Positions 40,148 to 54,254 of a DNA stretch of 64,000 bases are shown here, piece by piece (within the stretch, counting starts at the first letter, position 1; the number at the start of each line of letters is the position of its first letter). The stretch spans positions 15,686,001 to 15,750,000 of the forward strand of contig OX597814.1 of the NCBI GenBank assembly GCA_951406725.2, written 5' to 3'. Below the pieces are notes generated by a model, which ran no database searches, was not told the DNA's origin, and saw only the letters and a program-made list of their open reading frames with translations. Both the position numbers and the translations under genes were made by a program. The DNA comes from Octopus vulgaris (lineage: Eukaryota).

Positions 40148-40541
40148 TAAATATGCTAATTCCCACACTTCGGTTAGAAATATCCTGCCCCCTGTTTTTA
40201 AAATAACACAATATTCTTGACCCTGCCATATGGACAACCTCAGCGAACGCAATACAAGTTTTCGAATAATCGAGTGCTCGGATACTTTTGACCACTGGGA
40301 ATGCAGTCAGCTACCAATCGGCTCGTCGGAACCTTATCTTAGTACAACTCTCTCACAGCACTATTATTCACGACGCTGTTGTTTACAAAAGATTGAATGT
40401 ATAAGAGTGAAATCTGAGGAAACGGTGTTTGCAACAATTATTTCATTGTAGAGATCATAGATGTGTTAGATGTGTCAGAAATATTCAAGAATATAAAGTT
40501 TCGGATCATTGTACTGAGACTGAGGATGGTAGATAAAATGG

Positions 40542-40852
40542 TGTGGAGGCGCAATAGCCCAGTGGTTAGGGCAGCGGACTCGCGGTCGGAGGATAGCGGT
40601 TTCGATTCCTAGACCGGGCGTTGTGTGTGTTTATTGAGCAAAAACACCTAAAAAGCTCCACGAGGCTTCGGCAGTGGGTGGTGGTGACCCCTGTTGTACC
40701 CTTTCGCCACAACTTTCTCTCACTCTCTCTTCCTGTTTCTTGAGTAGCACTGCGATGTACTGGCATCCCGTCCAGCTGGGGGGGGGGGACACATACGCCA
40801 TAGAAACCGGGAAACCGGGCCCATGAGCCTGGCCAGGCTTGAAAAGGGCAAC
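40542..40852 (+). mobile_element. SINE family B, tail type 3
   Basis: Same head; tail ..gaaaccgggaaaccgggcccatgagcctg; tagataaaat repeated on both flanks. Confidence 0.8.
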
Positions 40853-41145
40853 ATTTATAGACGTTTTTTTAGATAAAATAGTAGCGTTGCTACCATTTTA
40901 TCTACCATCCTGAAAGACGTGGGACGATAGGATCAAAAGTTTGAGAGATATGAAATGGACAGAGAAAGATTCAATGCTTCAGGTGGAGAATTTGCTGAAA
41001 GTAAAGAGACTCATAGACGAAGAATGGGCAAATCCAGAAACAAGTACTTACAGAAACTTTTTTTTTTCATTTATAGGAGAAGTGTAATGTGGAGATGGAT
41101 GATGCATGCCAGAAGAAATTTGAGCACTGTGTGTAGTGTGCTACT

Positions 41146-41351
41146 CATTTATTTGTTTCAGTCATTTGACTGCGGCCATGCTGGAGCACCGCCTTTAATC
41201 GAGCAACTCGACCCCGGGACTTATTCTTATTTGTAAGCCCAGTACTTATTCTATCGGTCTCTTTTGCCGAACCGCTAAGTAACGGGGACATAAACACACC
41301 AGCATCAGTTGTCAAGCAATTCTAGAGGGACAAACACACAAACATACACAT

Positions 41352-41430
<79 letters not shown>

Positions 41431-41597
41431 TACGACAGGCTTCTTTCAGTTTCCGTCTACCAAATCCACTCACAAGGTTTTGGTCGGCCCGAGGCTATAG
41501 CAGAGAACACTTGCCCAAGATGCCACGCAGTGGGACTGAACCCGGAACCATGTGGTTGGTTAGCAAGCTACTTACCACACAGCCACTGCTGCGCCTA
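41146..41597 (-). mobile_element. SINE family A
   Basis: Full-length copy. Confidence 0.85.
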
Positions 41598-42566
41598 AGT
41601 GAGCAAAGTAAGAGAAAGTTAAGAATGGTAGAGTTAAAGCATAATGCAAGGCCAATGTAGAAGAAGCTAGACGAAGAGAGCGGGAAGAGAAAAGTCGTGA
41701 GTTTAGAGAGCAGGGAACTAATACCCACACAGCATCAAGAAAATATAGCTTCTACGAAAGGCTGAATATTGGTCAGTAATATAAATCACATGTTCATAGA
41801 TAGCATCCTTCATATGTACATACACATAACCACATACAAACATACACACATACACTACCGTCAGAAATTAATTAGCACCCTTGACTTGCTCTTCACTCAA
41901 GGTATGTGCTGTCACCTAGTGGCCATATCTCGAACTATTGCTTTGTTGCGAGTTCACTGTTGCGCAGAACGATGACGTAACTTTGTTTGCAGAGCAGTTT
42001 GAGAGTCTACAGCCTTATGATGTTGACATAGCAGTGCAACAACAACTTGGAGTGCGGATGCAGACAAATCTTCCTTTGTTTAATAGATATAGGTAGCGCC
42101 TCGCAAGGACCGAAATCACACCATATTAAGTTTTCTCATTGCGTAAGACGTTTTGAACAGCTCATAGGTTAATTGATTTAACCTATTTAATGTAGAAATT
42201 TGAGAAGTGCTAATTAATTTCTGACGCAAGTGTATGTACATACGCAACTAAGAAGTATGAAGGAGAATATGCATTCATATATCCAAGCATACCCGTGACC
42301 ATTACAAAAAGGCGGTTTGAGAAAATCTTAATTTAAGGAAGAGGTTGAGGTGATTACTGCGGTTGAGTTTAGGAAGGGAGCTGGGGTGTACTGTTTTGTG
42401 GCGCGAATGTTTGTGTTGAATAGGAGACGCTTCGTCTTTTTTTTCCCCCGTTTATCATTTGCAACTGGAAGTCATTTGAGTGGCCAGGCAAGTTAGTGTG
42501 ATGGGTTATTGGTTTGAGCGCTCTCTCGGCATAGTACAGATGGATATCAGTAAAATATTCGCGGAA

Positions 42567-42800
42567 ACCTATTTCTTTATTACCCACAAGGGGCTAAACA
42601 TAGAGAGGACAAGCAAGGACAGACATAGGTATTAAGTCGATTACATCGACCCCAGTGCGTAACTGGTACTTAATTTATCGACCCCGAAAGGATGAAAGGC
42701 GAAGTTGACCTCGGCGGAATTTGAACTCAGAACGTAACGCAGACGAAATACCGCTAAGCATTTCGCCCGGCGTGCTATCGTTTCTGCCAGCTCGCCGCCA
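42567..42800 (-). mobile_element. SINE family C, full length
   Basis: Homologous to 38496-38727. Confidence 0.85.
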
Positions 42801-43833
42801 GATGACGATGTTCAACACCTATATAGAATGGACAGTGGAACTCGTATTATAAAACAAAGTAGACGCAAAAACGTTTTGTTATAAAACAAGAATTCCATTT
42901 ACAATGGTTTTCTAACTCTTACATTTTACATCTCATTATTTTTCTTGCTATACTCTCTCTCTTTCGATTTCCCATACTGGCCGTTCTTCCTCTCTAATAC
43001 CCCTTCCATACCCCCCTATAGTCGCCAACTGAAATATTTATTCACCTGGTTACAAAGATATGTATTTATTTAGTTAGAATTTGTAAGCCGTCAATCAGTA
43101 AAACGCATTCACTCACACAAATTACATAATATTGTATTATCTCCTTTATTCAAAACGACCATGTGTTGTCTTCCTCTCGATTTAGTCGCACATTTTCCTC
43201 ACCCAATCACCATAACCACACGTCTGCATTAAAGATATGTGCCAGCAATATCACTCCTCTTTGATAATCCTGTAATATTTCCTTTAGAAAATATCAAAGA
43301 GAATTAACACTATGCATATATTTACTGATATGGTTCAAATAATTAACCCAAGAATATTACCCTGTGCATCGATATCGTTTAGTCAATACATAAGTCTTTC
43401 AAGTAGTGTATCTTCTCGTTAGAATAAGATCAAGTGTTAATAGCTTGGTCATCAAAGCATATTATGCTTCCACTTATTTATTTCTGACAGATAGTTATCG
43501 TTCTCATGAATTAAAATTCTTCCGCGTGTCAGTCTTCTTTCTTACGTGCAGTTTATATAAATTTCTATATATTGTTTCTTTTCTTTTCGTTCCTTTAATC
43601 ATTTTTTTTCAACATAAATTTTTTATTTTTTTTTACTTAGTCTACAAATAACTTATTTTAGTTTTGTTCTGTTGAACAATTTAGACTAACTGACAACAAA
43701 AAAACAATTTAGACTAACTGACAACAAAAATACTATTTCTAAAACTACCTTCGTTGAATAATTTCCTTGTATTGGTTTCAATACCAACTCAAAAAAAAAA
43801 AACTAAAAAAAACAAGGGCTAAATATGGATATC

Positions 43834-44216
43834 GGAAGCACTCCGTCGGTTACGACGATGAGGGTTCCGGTTGATCCGAATCAACGGAACAGCCTGCTCG
43901 TGAAATTAACGTGTAAGTGGCTGAGCACTCCACAGACACGTGTACCCTTAACGTAGTTTTCGGGGATATTCAGCGTGACACAGAGAGTGACAAGGCTGGC
44001 CCTTTGAAATACAGGTACAACAGAAACAGGAAGTAAGAGTGAGAGAAAGTTGTGGTGAAAGAGTACAGCAGGGATCACCACCATCCCCTGCCGGAGCCTC
44101 GTGGAGCTTTAGGTGTTTTCGCTCAATAAACACTCACAAGGCCCGGTCTGGGAATCGAAACCACGATCCTATGACCGCGAATCCGCTACCCTAACCATTG
44201 GGACATTGCGCCTCCA
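43834..44216 (-). mobile_element. SINE family B, tail type 1
   Basis: Full-length, with tggatat repeated on both flanks. Confidence 0.85.
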
Positions 44217-44418
44217 TTTGGATATAGCTTCCAACTGGAAATATATTCTCTTATAAATCTGTAAATAGTCAACAATATGTAAACAGGAAATAATGTATTG
44301 GCTATTGTACAATATCTATAAATTTGAATAGGTTTAATTTAACATGAAATTAAGTGTATGTGTGTATGTATGTGGGCATATATCACTCTATCTTTATATG
44401 TATGTATATGTGTGTATG

Positions 44419-44450
<32 letters not shown>

Positions 44451-44503
44451 AAGAATAAAGAATAAAGGAATATGTATACATACATACTTACATACATACA
44501 CAC

Positions 44504-44535
<32 letters not shown>

Positions 44536-44564
44536 GTGTGTGTATGTATGTATACATATTCCTT

Positions 44565-44874
44565 TATTCTTTTACTTGTTTCAGTCATTTGACTGCGGCC
44601 ATGCTGGAGAACCGCCTTTAGTCGAACAAATCGACTCCAGGACTTATTCTTTGTATATATACTCTCTCTTTTACACTTTTACTTGTTTCAGTCATTTGAC
44701 TGCGGCCATGCTGGAGCACCGCCTTTAGTCGAGCAAATCGACCCCGGGATTTATTCTTTGTAAGCCCAGTACTTATTCTATCAGTCTCTTTTGCCGAACC
44801 GCTAAGTGACGGGGACGTAAACACACCAGCATCGGTTGTCAAGCAATGCTAGGGGGACAAACACAGACACACAA

Positions 44875-44911
<37 letters not shown>

Positions 44912-45150
44912 CATACTCGCCCAAGATGCCACGCAGTGGGACTGAACCCGGAACCATGTGGTTGGTTAGCAAGCTACTTACCACACAGCCACTCCTGCGC
45001 CTATACGGCAAGTTTCTTTCAGTTTCCGTCTGCAAAACCCACACTCAAGGTTTTGGACGGCCCGAGGCTATGTTAGAAGACACTTGCCTAAGAACTGAAC
45101 CCAGAACAATGTGATTGGGAAGTAAGCTTCTCACCACATACCTACACGCA
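44565..45150 (-). mobile_element. Nested and partial SINE family A copies
   Basis: 3' fragment 44565-44652, internally deleted copy 44666-45003, older head 45005-45150. Confidence 0.75.
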
Positions 45151-45389
45151 CTGACACACACACACACACACACACATATTTATAAAACAATAAATACTAT
45201 GTACGAAGAAAATTTTATCATTATTTTCGATCTGACCTTAAAAATCTAACAATTGTTTCGATTGTATTAACATATAAATATATGTATAAACACATATATA
45301 TACGGAAATATATTAGCATATGAATCATAAATATATCATATATATATCGTATACATACATATATACATGCATACATACATTGATATATA

Positions 45390-45768
45390 TAGGCGCAGAA
45401 GTGGCTGTGTGGTATGTAGCTTACTTACCAACCACATGGTTCCGCGTTCAGTCCCACTGTGAGCGTCTTCTACTATAGCCTCGGGATGACCAAAGCCATG
45501 TGAGTGGATTGGTAGACGGAAACTTAAAGAAGCCCGTCGTATATATGTATATGTATATATATGCGTATGTGTTTGTCCACACAACATCGCTTGGCAACCG
45601 ATGCTGGTATGTTTATGTCCCTGTAACTTGGTGGTTCGGCAAAAGAGACCAATAGAAAAAGTTCTAGACTCACAAAGAATAAGTCCTGGGGTTGATTTGC
45701 TCGACTAATGGTGGTGCTCCAGCATGGCCGCAGTCAAACGACTGAAACAAGTAAAAGAGTAAAAGAGT
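45390..45768 (+). mobile_element. SINE family A
   Basis: Diverged copy. Confidence 0.8.
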
Positions 45769-46387
45769 AATATATGTGTATGTGGGTGTATGTGTGTATA
45801 AATACACACACACATATATATGCATATATACATACACACATGTAGAAAGTATTAGTATGGCTGAGTCTGCGTATATGTGCAAACGCAGAAACGTCTAGAC
45901 GAGCGCGCGTTGTGGTCGTGTTCTCGCTAATTCCTAATTCTTTGACGATTTCCTGGTTTCCAACAAAGACACGGAATTCCATGAATGGAATTCACACGAC
46001 AACTACAGAAAATTTGCTACAAGCTAAATTTTAGAACAGCCTTCCATTTTCAGAATGTGCATGAATGACAATTTTCTTCCTTTACCTGCAACCAATAAAA
46101 TTTTTGAAGATTATTACCAAAGCATTAAATAACTTAACCAAGTCTGCTAATAGTTAATACTTTTTTTTTTAGTTTTTGGATAGTTCTAACATCAATGCTA
46201 ATGTAACTCTTGAGAACAACCTTAAGCAATGAATATTCTAATGACTTTGAAGCTGTCTCTGCGTGTGTCTCGGTATAAATGCCATCTCTGAGGTACGTCT
46301 AGACGAAATGTATTTGTATCTATGCAACAGGTATGAACGTAAATATGTAACATATAAGATATATTATATAGATCATATGGTATATAT

Positions 46388-46456
<69 letters not shown>

Positions 46457-46460
46457 TATG

Positions 46461-46530
<70 letters not shown>

Positions 46531-46534
<4 letters not shown>

Positions 46535-46912
46535 CTTGTTTCAGTCATTTGACTGTGCCCATGCTGGAGCTCCACCTTTAGTCGAGCAACTCGACCACAG
46601 GACTTATTCTTTGTAAGCCTAGTACTTATTCTATCGGTCACTTTTGCCGGGGACGTAAACACACCACCATCAGTTGTCAAGCGATGTTTGGGGGACAAAC
46701 ACAGACACACAAACATACACACACACATACATATATACACATATATTCGACGGGCTTCTTTCAGTTTCCGTCTACCAAATCCACTCACAAGGATTTGGTC
46801 GGCCCGAGGCTATAATAGCAGACACTTGCCCAAGGTGCCACGCAGTGGAACTGAACCCAGAACCATGTGGCTGGTAGGCAAGATACTTACCACACAGCCA
46901 CTCCTATGCCTA
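46531..46912 (-). mobile_element. SINE family A
   Basis: Near full-length copy. Confidence 0.82.
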
Positions 46913-46927
46913 TAATATTCCTTCTAG

Positions 46928-47150
46928 AGCCATGTCAGGCTCATAAGGGCTGGTTTCCCGGTTTCAGTAACGCAGAAATTCCCCACCTTGATGGGACGCC
47001 GCAAGATTACTCATTTTTGCCAGCTGAATGGACTGGTGCAACGTGAAATGTAATGTTTTGCTCAAGAACACAACGCATCGCCCGGTCCAGGAATCGAAAC
47101 CACAACCTTAGGATCATGAGTTCGACACCCTAACCACTAAGCGTCTCCAC
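46928..47150 (-). mobile_element. Older tRNA-derived SINE sharing the type 3 tail
   Basis: Minus-strand head tagtggttaggg..ggtttcgattcctggaccgggcg; tail gaaaccgggaaaccagcccttatgagcctg. Confidence 0.65.
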
Positions 47151-47157
47151 ATTTTTT

Positions 47158-47553
47158 TTTACTTGTTTCATTCATTTGACTGCGGCCATGCTAGAGCACC
47201 GCCTTTAATCGAGCAACTCGACCCCGGCACTTATTCTTTGTAAGCCCAGTACTTATTCTATCGGTTTCCTTTGCCGAACCGCCAAGTTATGGGGATGCAA
47301 ACACACCAGCATCGGTTGTCAAGCAATGCTAGGGGGACAAACACAGACACACAAACATACACACACATACATATATATATACATATATACGACAGGCTTC
47401 TTTCAGTTTCCGTCTACCAAATCCACTCACAAGGCATTGGTTGGCCCGAGGCTATAGTAGAAGACACTTGCCCAAGGTGAAACGCAGTGGGACTGAACCC
47501 GAAACCATGTGGTTGGTAAGCAAGCTACTTACCACACAGCCACTCCTGCGCCT
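47158..47553 (-). mobile_element. SINE family A
   Basis: Full-length copy. Confidence 0.85.
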
Positions 47554-48317
47554 ATGTTTTAACTTTGTTTAACATTGTTTAACATTGTTTAAACTTATTT
47601 AATATATTTGATATATCTGTTAGATGTGGTGATGTAACAGGCTTAAGTATAAAGCTGCAATATATAGCATATAATACGTATAATATGTAATGTAATATCT
47701 AAAATTTAATGTTTAACAAATTACAAGGCGGTGAGCCGGCAGAATCCATAGCGTATCAGGCAAAATGCTTAGCACCATTTCGTCTAGCTTTATGCTCTGG
47801 GTTCAGATTGCACCACGGCTGATTTGCTTTTTAGCCTTTCGAAGTCGATGAAATATGTGCCAGTTCAGCAAAGAGTTGGTGTAATCGATTATCCGCTCTT
47901 CTCGAACTTAGTGGCCTTGTTACTAAAGTTTTAAATGAATATTTGATATAAATATCATAAGGGAAGAGATGTTACAGATATTAATGTAAATATAATATAA
48001 TATAATATAATATAATTTAATATAATATAATATAATATAATATAATATAATATAATATAATATATATATATATATGTATATGTATGTATATGTATGTATG
48101 TATGTATGTATGTATACAAGTACAGTTGATACAAAAGTGACGGAGGGTGCTAGTAAGCACCAGCGTTGCTCGGAATAAGAGTCAAAATAAGTCTTAGCCA
48201 CGTGGTAGCACTTTTCTAACGACTTAAAAGGGAGACAATCTCCCTCCCTACGACAAGCGAGATGGAGTCATATTAGCGCTGATTTCAGATTACTCAAATA
48301 GTCTCAAAAGGTCTTCA

Positions 48318-49077
48318 TGTGAACGTGACCTGGGTGTTATTGTCGACAGTGATTTGCGTTGGACAAAACACATCGCTAAAATTGTCAAGATGGCTGAGGG
48401 TGTCTTGGCATCACTCACCAAATCCTTTGTGAGCCGCTCTCCGGCTATCTATCTGCGGCTTTATATAGCTATGGTAAGACCTCACCTGGAATTTGCATCA
48501 CCGGTCTGGAACCCCTATCTTGCCCAGGATATCAATCGTCTGGAAGCTGTTCAGCGACGTGCAACCAAAAGAATACCCTCCATCAGGCATTTGCCATATC
48601 CTGAACGCCTTACTTCCCTGGGCATGGACACATTGAAACTCCGACGTCTGGCAGCTGACTTGGCAGACACCCATAAAATTATCAATCATCGTACAAACAA
48701 TAACTCTGAGCACCTTTTCAAACTCCACCCATCTAACACCTGTGGACATATTTACAAAGTCAGAAAACAGCACAGCTCCCATGACTTCAGGAAACATTTT
48801 TTCACGATGTGAGTTGCTGAAGCATGGAACAAACTGCCGGCATCAGTTGTTAGTTGTCGGAGCAATGCATCCTTCAGGGCTTCCATGCTTTCTGGGATTC
48901 GCCAACACTACACCTGATTTTCTCCCCTCCATACACACACAAGCATGTATCTGACTCATACATTGTTCGCTTTCCAGACATTTTTACATTACTGCATGTA
49001 CTTTATATGCACTTTCTGACAAGTTGTGGTGCACCTGAGCACTGTATACAATAATTTCATTATTATATTATTATTAC
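48318..49077 (+). mobile_element. CR1/L2-group LINE 3' fragment
   Basis: ERDLGVIVDSDL..RPHLEFASPVWNPY..LEAVQRRATK..RKHFF, then a 3' UTR and an (ATT)-like tail. Confidence 0.85.
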
Positions 49078-49138
49078 TCCGTCACCGAGTGTTAAAGAAC
49101 CTAAGTCACCTTGTCAGCTTTATATAGAACACCATAGG

Positions 49139-49193
<55 letters not shown>

Positions 49194-49980
49194 AAGTGAA
49201 TGTACACGAAGTTCAGTTATTGCTAGAAATAGTATCCGGTAAGTTATTTATGTCCCTTGCATATCTTTTGCCTGATCTTGGTTCGAATTTTGACAGGGGT
49301 TTTCAGCCGAGTGAACAGGCAGAGATGTAGTGAATATTTTGAAACTTCAGTCGTTAACGGTACATTCAACTGAAGAGGACCGATCGGATTCGTCTGCACG
49401 TGATCTGAAAAGTCTGGAACTGCAGTTTTGAATTATCCTTCATTCCTCTAACGGACTTCGTAGAGGTTTCATAGAATTTTCCTATATTCACCACCTGCAA
49501 ACATCTCTACCTGTGAACATTCAGTGAAGCTCAACGTAACATCGATAACTTACCGGTTTCTATTTCTAGCAATGATCGTACTTCATGTACATTCGCCTAG
49601 TATGTATAATTCTACATTTTATGGTGCTTTATTCTTCCTGGATATTAATATTATTATTTTTAATAATATTTATATCTCTTGTGTATATATATATATAATT
49701 TTGTGTTTGACATATAATAAGCAGAGAGATGTTGAAAGATTTGAAATAACTGTCCATCAATAAGTTTCTTTCTCTTGGTGAATTCAAATAAATTATTTCG
49801 TTCACTGGACAGATATATATGTTTTCTGCTTCAAACAACTACTTCAAGCCAGTAATTTTGGATCTGCAAAGAAAGAAAATCCAGGGGCTTTGATGCATGT
49901 ATGCATGTATCTATATCTGTCAATTGAGCTATCTACCTGTCCGTCTGTCTGCCGGTCTGTCTGTCTGTCTGTCTATCTAT

Positions 49981-50027
<47 letters not shown>

Positions 50028-50305
50028 ATCTATCTACTATATTTATCTATCTCATTCTATATATGTGCATGTACATATTATCTATATATAGATGTATTTA
50101 TACACGCATGTATAGATGAATATATATATATATATACACATACATGTATTAAATATGTATGCCTGTATTTATAGAGGAATATACATACATATGTATATAT
50201 ATATCTATCTATATATATGTATATATATAATATGTATGTATATATATATATATGTGTGTATATATATGTGTATATATAATATGTATGTATATATATATAT
50301 ACATA

Positions 50306-50345
<40 letters not shown>

Positions 50346-50789
50346 TATATCCATGTATATATATATGTGTGTGTGTGTGTCCGTGTCTGTGTGTGTGCGT
50401 GTGTGTGTGTGTTTGTGTGTGTGTGATAATCCTGAGACGGATTTTACAAACCTGTAATGCATCCCTGCGCGCACTTCTACAAATCACGTATCATGTCGAA
50501 ATCCGTATTCCAGGGATGATCGCAGTGTAGTCCATAGTATCCGTGGGCATCCGGTTGATCATCTTCATGCGATATAACATTCGTGGATGAGCCACAAAGG
50601 ATTGTCTTCCCTTTTTACAAATCTGAAGGTCATGTGAGATACGTGGGCATTTCTGTGTGTTTTTGGTGGGAAGGAGTGGAAGGTGATGGAAATAAAGGAA
50701 GGAATGTTAGTCATATGGGGATGGAGGAATGTGGTGGTGGTGGATTTATTTTGCTATTCATTCAGCAGATTTTATGGATGGGTGGTACC

Positions 50790-50940
50790 CGCCGAGGTCG
50801 GCTTTGCCTTTCATTCTTTCGGGGTCGATAAATTAAGTACCAGTTACGCACTGGGGTCGATGTAATCGACTTAATACCTATGTCTGTCCTTGTTTGTCCC
50901 CTATGTGTTTAGCCCCTTGTGGGTAATAAAGAAATAGATA
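50790..50940 (+). mobile_element. SINE family C, 5'-truncated
   Basis: Core and tail only. Confidence 0.8.
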
Positions 50941-51620
50941 CATTCTTTGTTTGATTTCATTTAAGGCATGACTAAATCCAATGAATTCTAAACTCAACAG
51001 TTGGTCAAAAACTGCTACTATTAATTGACTGAATCCTTATGGTGACACCTTCATTGTTTCTGTTGGTATAAGGTTTTGCATCACAAATATTGGTTGGTTC
51101 ATTTATTTGTTTGGGTTCCTTCGCGTTTCTACAATGTATGATTTTGTTGTCGTCGTCGCCGTGATATGATCACGAGTAGAATTACTTTAATTATTGGTCT
51201 GTTCGCTCAAGAGTGGCAAAAAGAACAAAAATCTAAATTATTATTCTTGCCATTTCTAAACCGCCCACAACAGCGCTGATTCGCATTGGAAATAATTTTT
51301 CTGTCTTCATTGTGTGTAAAAAAAATTCTGCCACAGGCTAACCTCCATCTCATCGCATGTAACCAGCGCACATACATCACCAAACTGCTCTATCATATTT
51401 GTAATCTCTCCGGTTCTGTTTTTCATCATATTCATGTTAATGTTGGCAGTCTTAAAGTTTTTTTGCTTCAGAGGAAAGGAAGAGTTTCCATTGATGATGG
51501 TGGTGGTTGTGGTGGGAATTGCAGATGATTGGTGGTTGTTGTCCGTCTGCACCTAAAAGAGAGTTGTGCTGAGATAAACACACACACACACACATGTATA
51601 TATATGAGTGTATATATATG

Positions 51621-51686
<66 letters not shown>

Positions 51687-51704
51687 AACTCATATATATA
51701 TATG

Positions 51705-51750
<46 letters not shown>

Positions 51751-51828
51751 CATATATATATGTATATATATATATGTATATATATATATATACATATATA
51801 TATACATATATATGTATACATATATATA

Positions 51829-52234
<406 letters not shown>

Positions 52235-52317
52235 CATATACATACATAAATTTATTACCAAGATCACACAGTTGTTGTGTGATAAACTCTATTAAAAGAC
52301 TAACCTTTAAAAATTTC

Positions 52318-52400
52318 TGTCTCTGATGAAGGAAATGCGGCCACCAAAGTCAAAAGAATAAGCTTTTGCTTTGCGTATTCCCTGAAACGATCGTAAGATA
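52318..52400 (+). ncRNA. Minimal type I hammerhead ribozyme (Penelope-type)
   Basis: tgtct CTGATGA aggaaatgcg..cgtattccct GAAA C gatc G TA agata. Stem I tgtct/agata, long imperfect stem II, palindromic minimal stem III CGATCG, predicted GUA cleavage after 52395. Confidence 0.75.
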
Positions 52401-52737
52401 TCTCACTTCATTATATTTCTATTTAATTCGTGAACTGCTTTATTTTATTTCATTCCAAGACAATTATAAATTGCCTTACTCTATTTAATTTTACTTCATA
52501 CGAGGACTATTGTAAATCTTTTAAACATCTCACCCGCTCGTGATTTTAATTTAACTTATTCTATCTGATGTAATTTTCTGTATATGCATTGTGATAGGAT
52601 TATAATAAGATATATATATATATATATTTGATTGCATTTCCAATTTGAATATGTATTGGTTGGACCAGAAGTATGATAAACTAATCTGTCTTCTCTCCCT
52701 CCTTGAACTTTGATTTATATTTTTGTGAGTGAATATG

Positions 52738-52793
<56 letters not shown>

Positions 52794-52813
52794 GTTACAT
52801 TACTCGGTAGTCA

Positions 52814-52876
52814 AGATAAAACTCTGAGTTTCAGATGCCGAAGTGGAAATCCACAACACCATCTCTTCGGTTATCT
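52814..52876 (-). ncRNA. Inverted-pLTR copy of the hammerhead-like motif
   Basis: Reverse complement of 54022-54084. Confidence 0.55.
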
Positions 52877-53204
52877 GGCTATTTGAAAACGTTATGAAAA
52901 AATACCGTTAAAAATGAAGGGAAATTACTCTGTTATAACTCTGCTTTGCCTGCGTACTTATACATCGCTCGCATTTTTCGTCATAAAAATTATATAAAAA
53001 TACATAAAAATATATAAAATATATAAAAATATATAAAATCTTCTTGGGACATAACACAGAAAGCATGTTCTATCCGTTTTCTTTAGGGGACCAAAAATGT
53101 AACAGAAATTTAGTCACATGTGGGCATGATCCGAAAAGCTCTGTCCTTGTATTTAGACATGTGGTAGGGTCTAAGCTGCTTTTCCAGATAAGCCATCAAT
53201 ATAG

Positions 53205-53837
53205 GTGGCCTTCAATATAGGTAAATATTTCCTAGCACTGATAGATAGACATTTTCCAGTTAACCATGCTTATAGGAAACTCTTCAATAGACACAATTTA
53301 AAAATTAGTTTTAGTTCAACTACCAATTTTAAAAACATAATCAATCATAACATACAAAAAACACAAGAAGAAAACAGCTATTCATGCAGGAATAAAGAAT
53401 TGTGCCCGCTAAATGGACCTTGCATGTCCAAGACCATCATATATGAAGCTACCGTAAACTCTATAACCACTAAAGACACCGTTTCGACGAAGAAATACGT
53501 GGGCCTGACAGAGGGTAATTTCAAGGCCAGGTTCAATAACCACACTTTGAGCTTTAGGCACTGGAACAAAAGAAAAGCGACACAATTATCCAATCATATT
53601 TGGTCTTTAAGAGATAAAGGTGTCGATTATAACATACAATGGAAGATTTTGGCCAGATGTAAGCCCTATACTAACGGCAGCGGAAGGTGCGGTTTATGCG
53701 ACATGGAGAGATGGCTTATCTGGAAAAGCAGCTTAGACCCTACCACATGTCTAAATACAAGGACAGAGCTTTTCGGATCATGCCCACATGTGACTAAATT
53801 TCTGTTACGTTTTTGGTCCCCTAAAGAAAACGGATAG
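53205..53837 (+). CDS. Penelope-like GIY-YIG endonuclease domain (truncated ORF)
   Basis: CRNKELCPLNGPC, IIYEATV..KYVGLTEGNFKARFNNH, TQLSNHIW, CGLCDME, LNTRTELFGSCPH. Confidence 0.88.
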   Translation: MAFNIGKYFLALIDRHFPVNHAYRKLFNRHNLKISFSSTTNFKNIINHNIQKTQEENSYSCRNKELCPLNGPCMSKTIIYEATVNSITTKDTVSTKKYVGLTEGNFKARFNNHTLSFRHWNKRKATQLSNHIWSLRDKGVDYNIQWKILARCKPYTNGSGRCGLCDMERWLIWKSSLDPTTCLNTRTELFGSCPHVTKFLLRFWSPKENG

Positions 53838-54021
53838 AACATGCTTTCTGTGTTATGTCCCAAGAAGATTTTATATATTTTTATATATTTTTATGTATTT
53901 TTATATAATTTTTATGACGAAAAATGCGAGCGATGTATAAGTACGCAGGCAAAGCAGAGTTATAACAGAGTAATTTCCCTTCATTTTTAACGGTATTTTT
54001 TCATAACGTTTCCAAATAGCC

Positions 54022-54084
54022 AGATAACCGAAGAGATGGTGTTGTGGATTTCCACTTCGGCATCTGAAACTCAGAGTTTTATCT
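54022..54084 (+). ncRNA. Hammerhead-like motif in the Penelope pLTR (CCGAAGA variant)
   Basis: agataa CCGAAGA gatg..catc t GAAA C tcaga G TT ttatct. Stem I agataa/ttatct; one extra base before GAAA. Confidence 0.6.
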
Positions 54085-54182
54085 TGACTACCGAGTAATG
54101 TAACATATTGTATAGATAAATTTCCTCTATTTACATAATATTGAGGTCTCTTTCTTTCTTTTGTTATCTTACCGTTTTATCA

Positions 54183-54216
<34 letters not shown>

Positions 54217-54254
54217 ATATATATATAACTATCTATCTATATATATATATATAT

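Larger units (their letters stand above)
52789..54185 (+). mobile_element. 5'-truncated Penelope-like element with inverted pseudo-LTR, in (TA)n
   Basis: GIY-YIG ORF 53205-53837. Segment 52789-53197 is the reverse complement of 53710-54109. Unpaired tail 54110-54185 and TA repeats on both flanks. Confidence 0.9.

Noticed and set aside
50452-50622. Unique CpG-rich segment with minus-strand AG/GT boundaries
   Set aside because: All three minus frames contain stops and I recognise no protein similarity; it is not a K2P exon.
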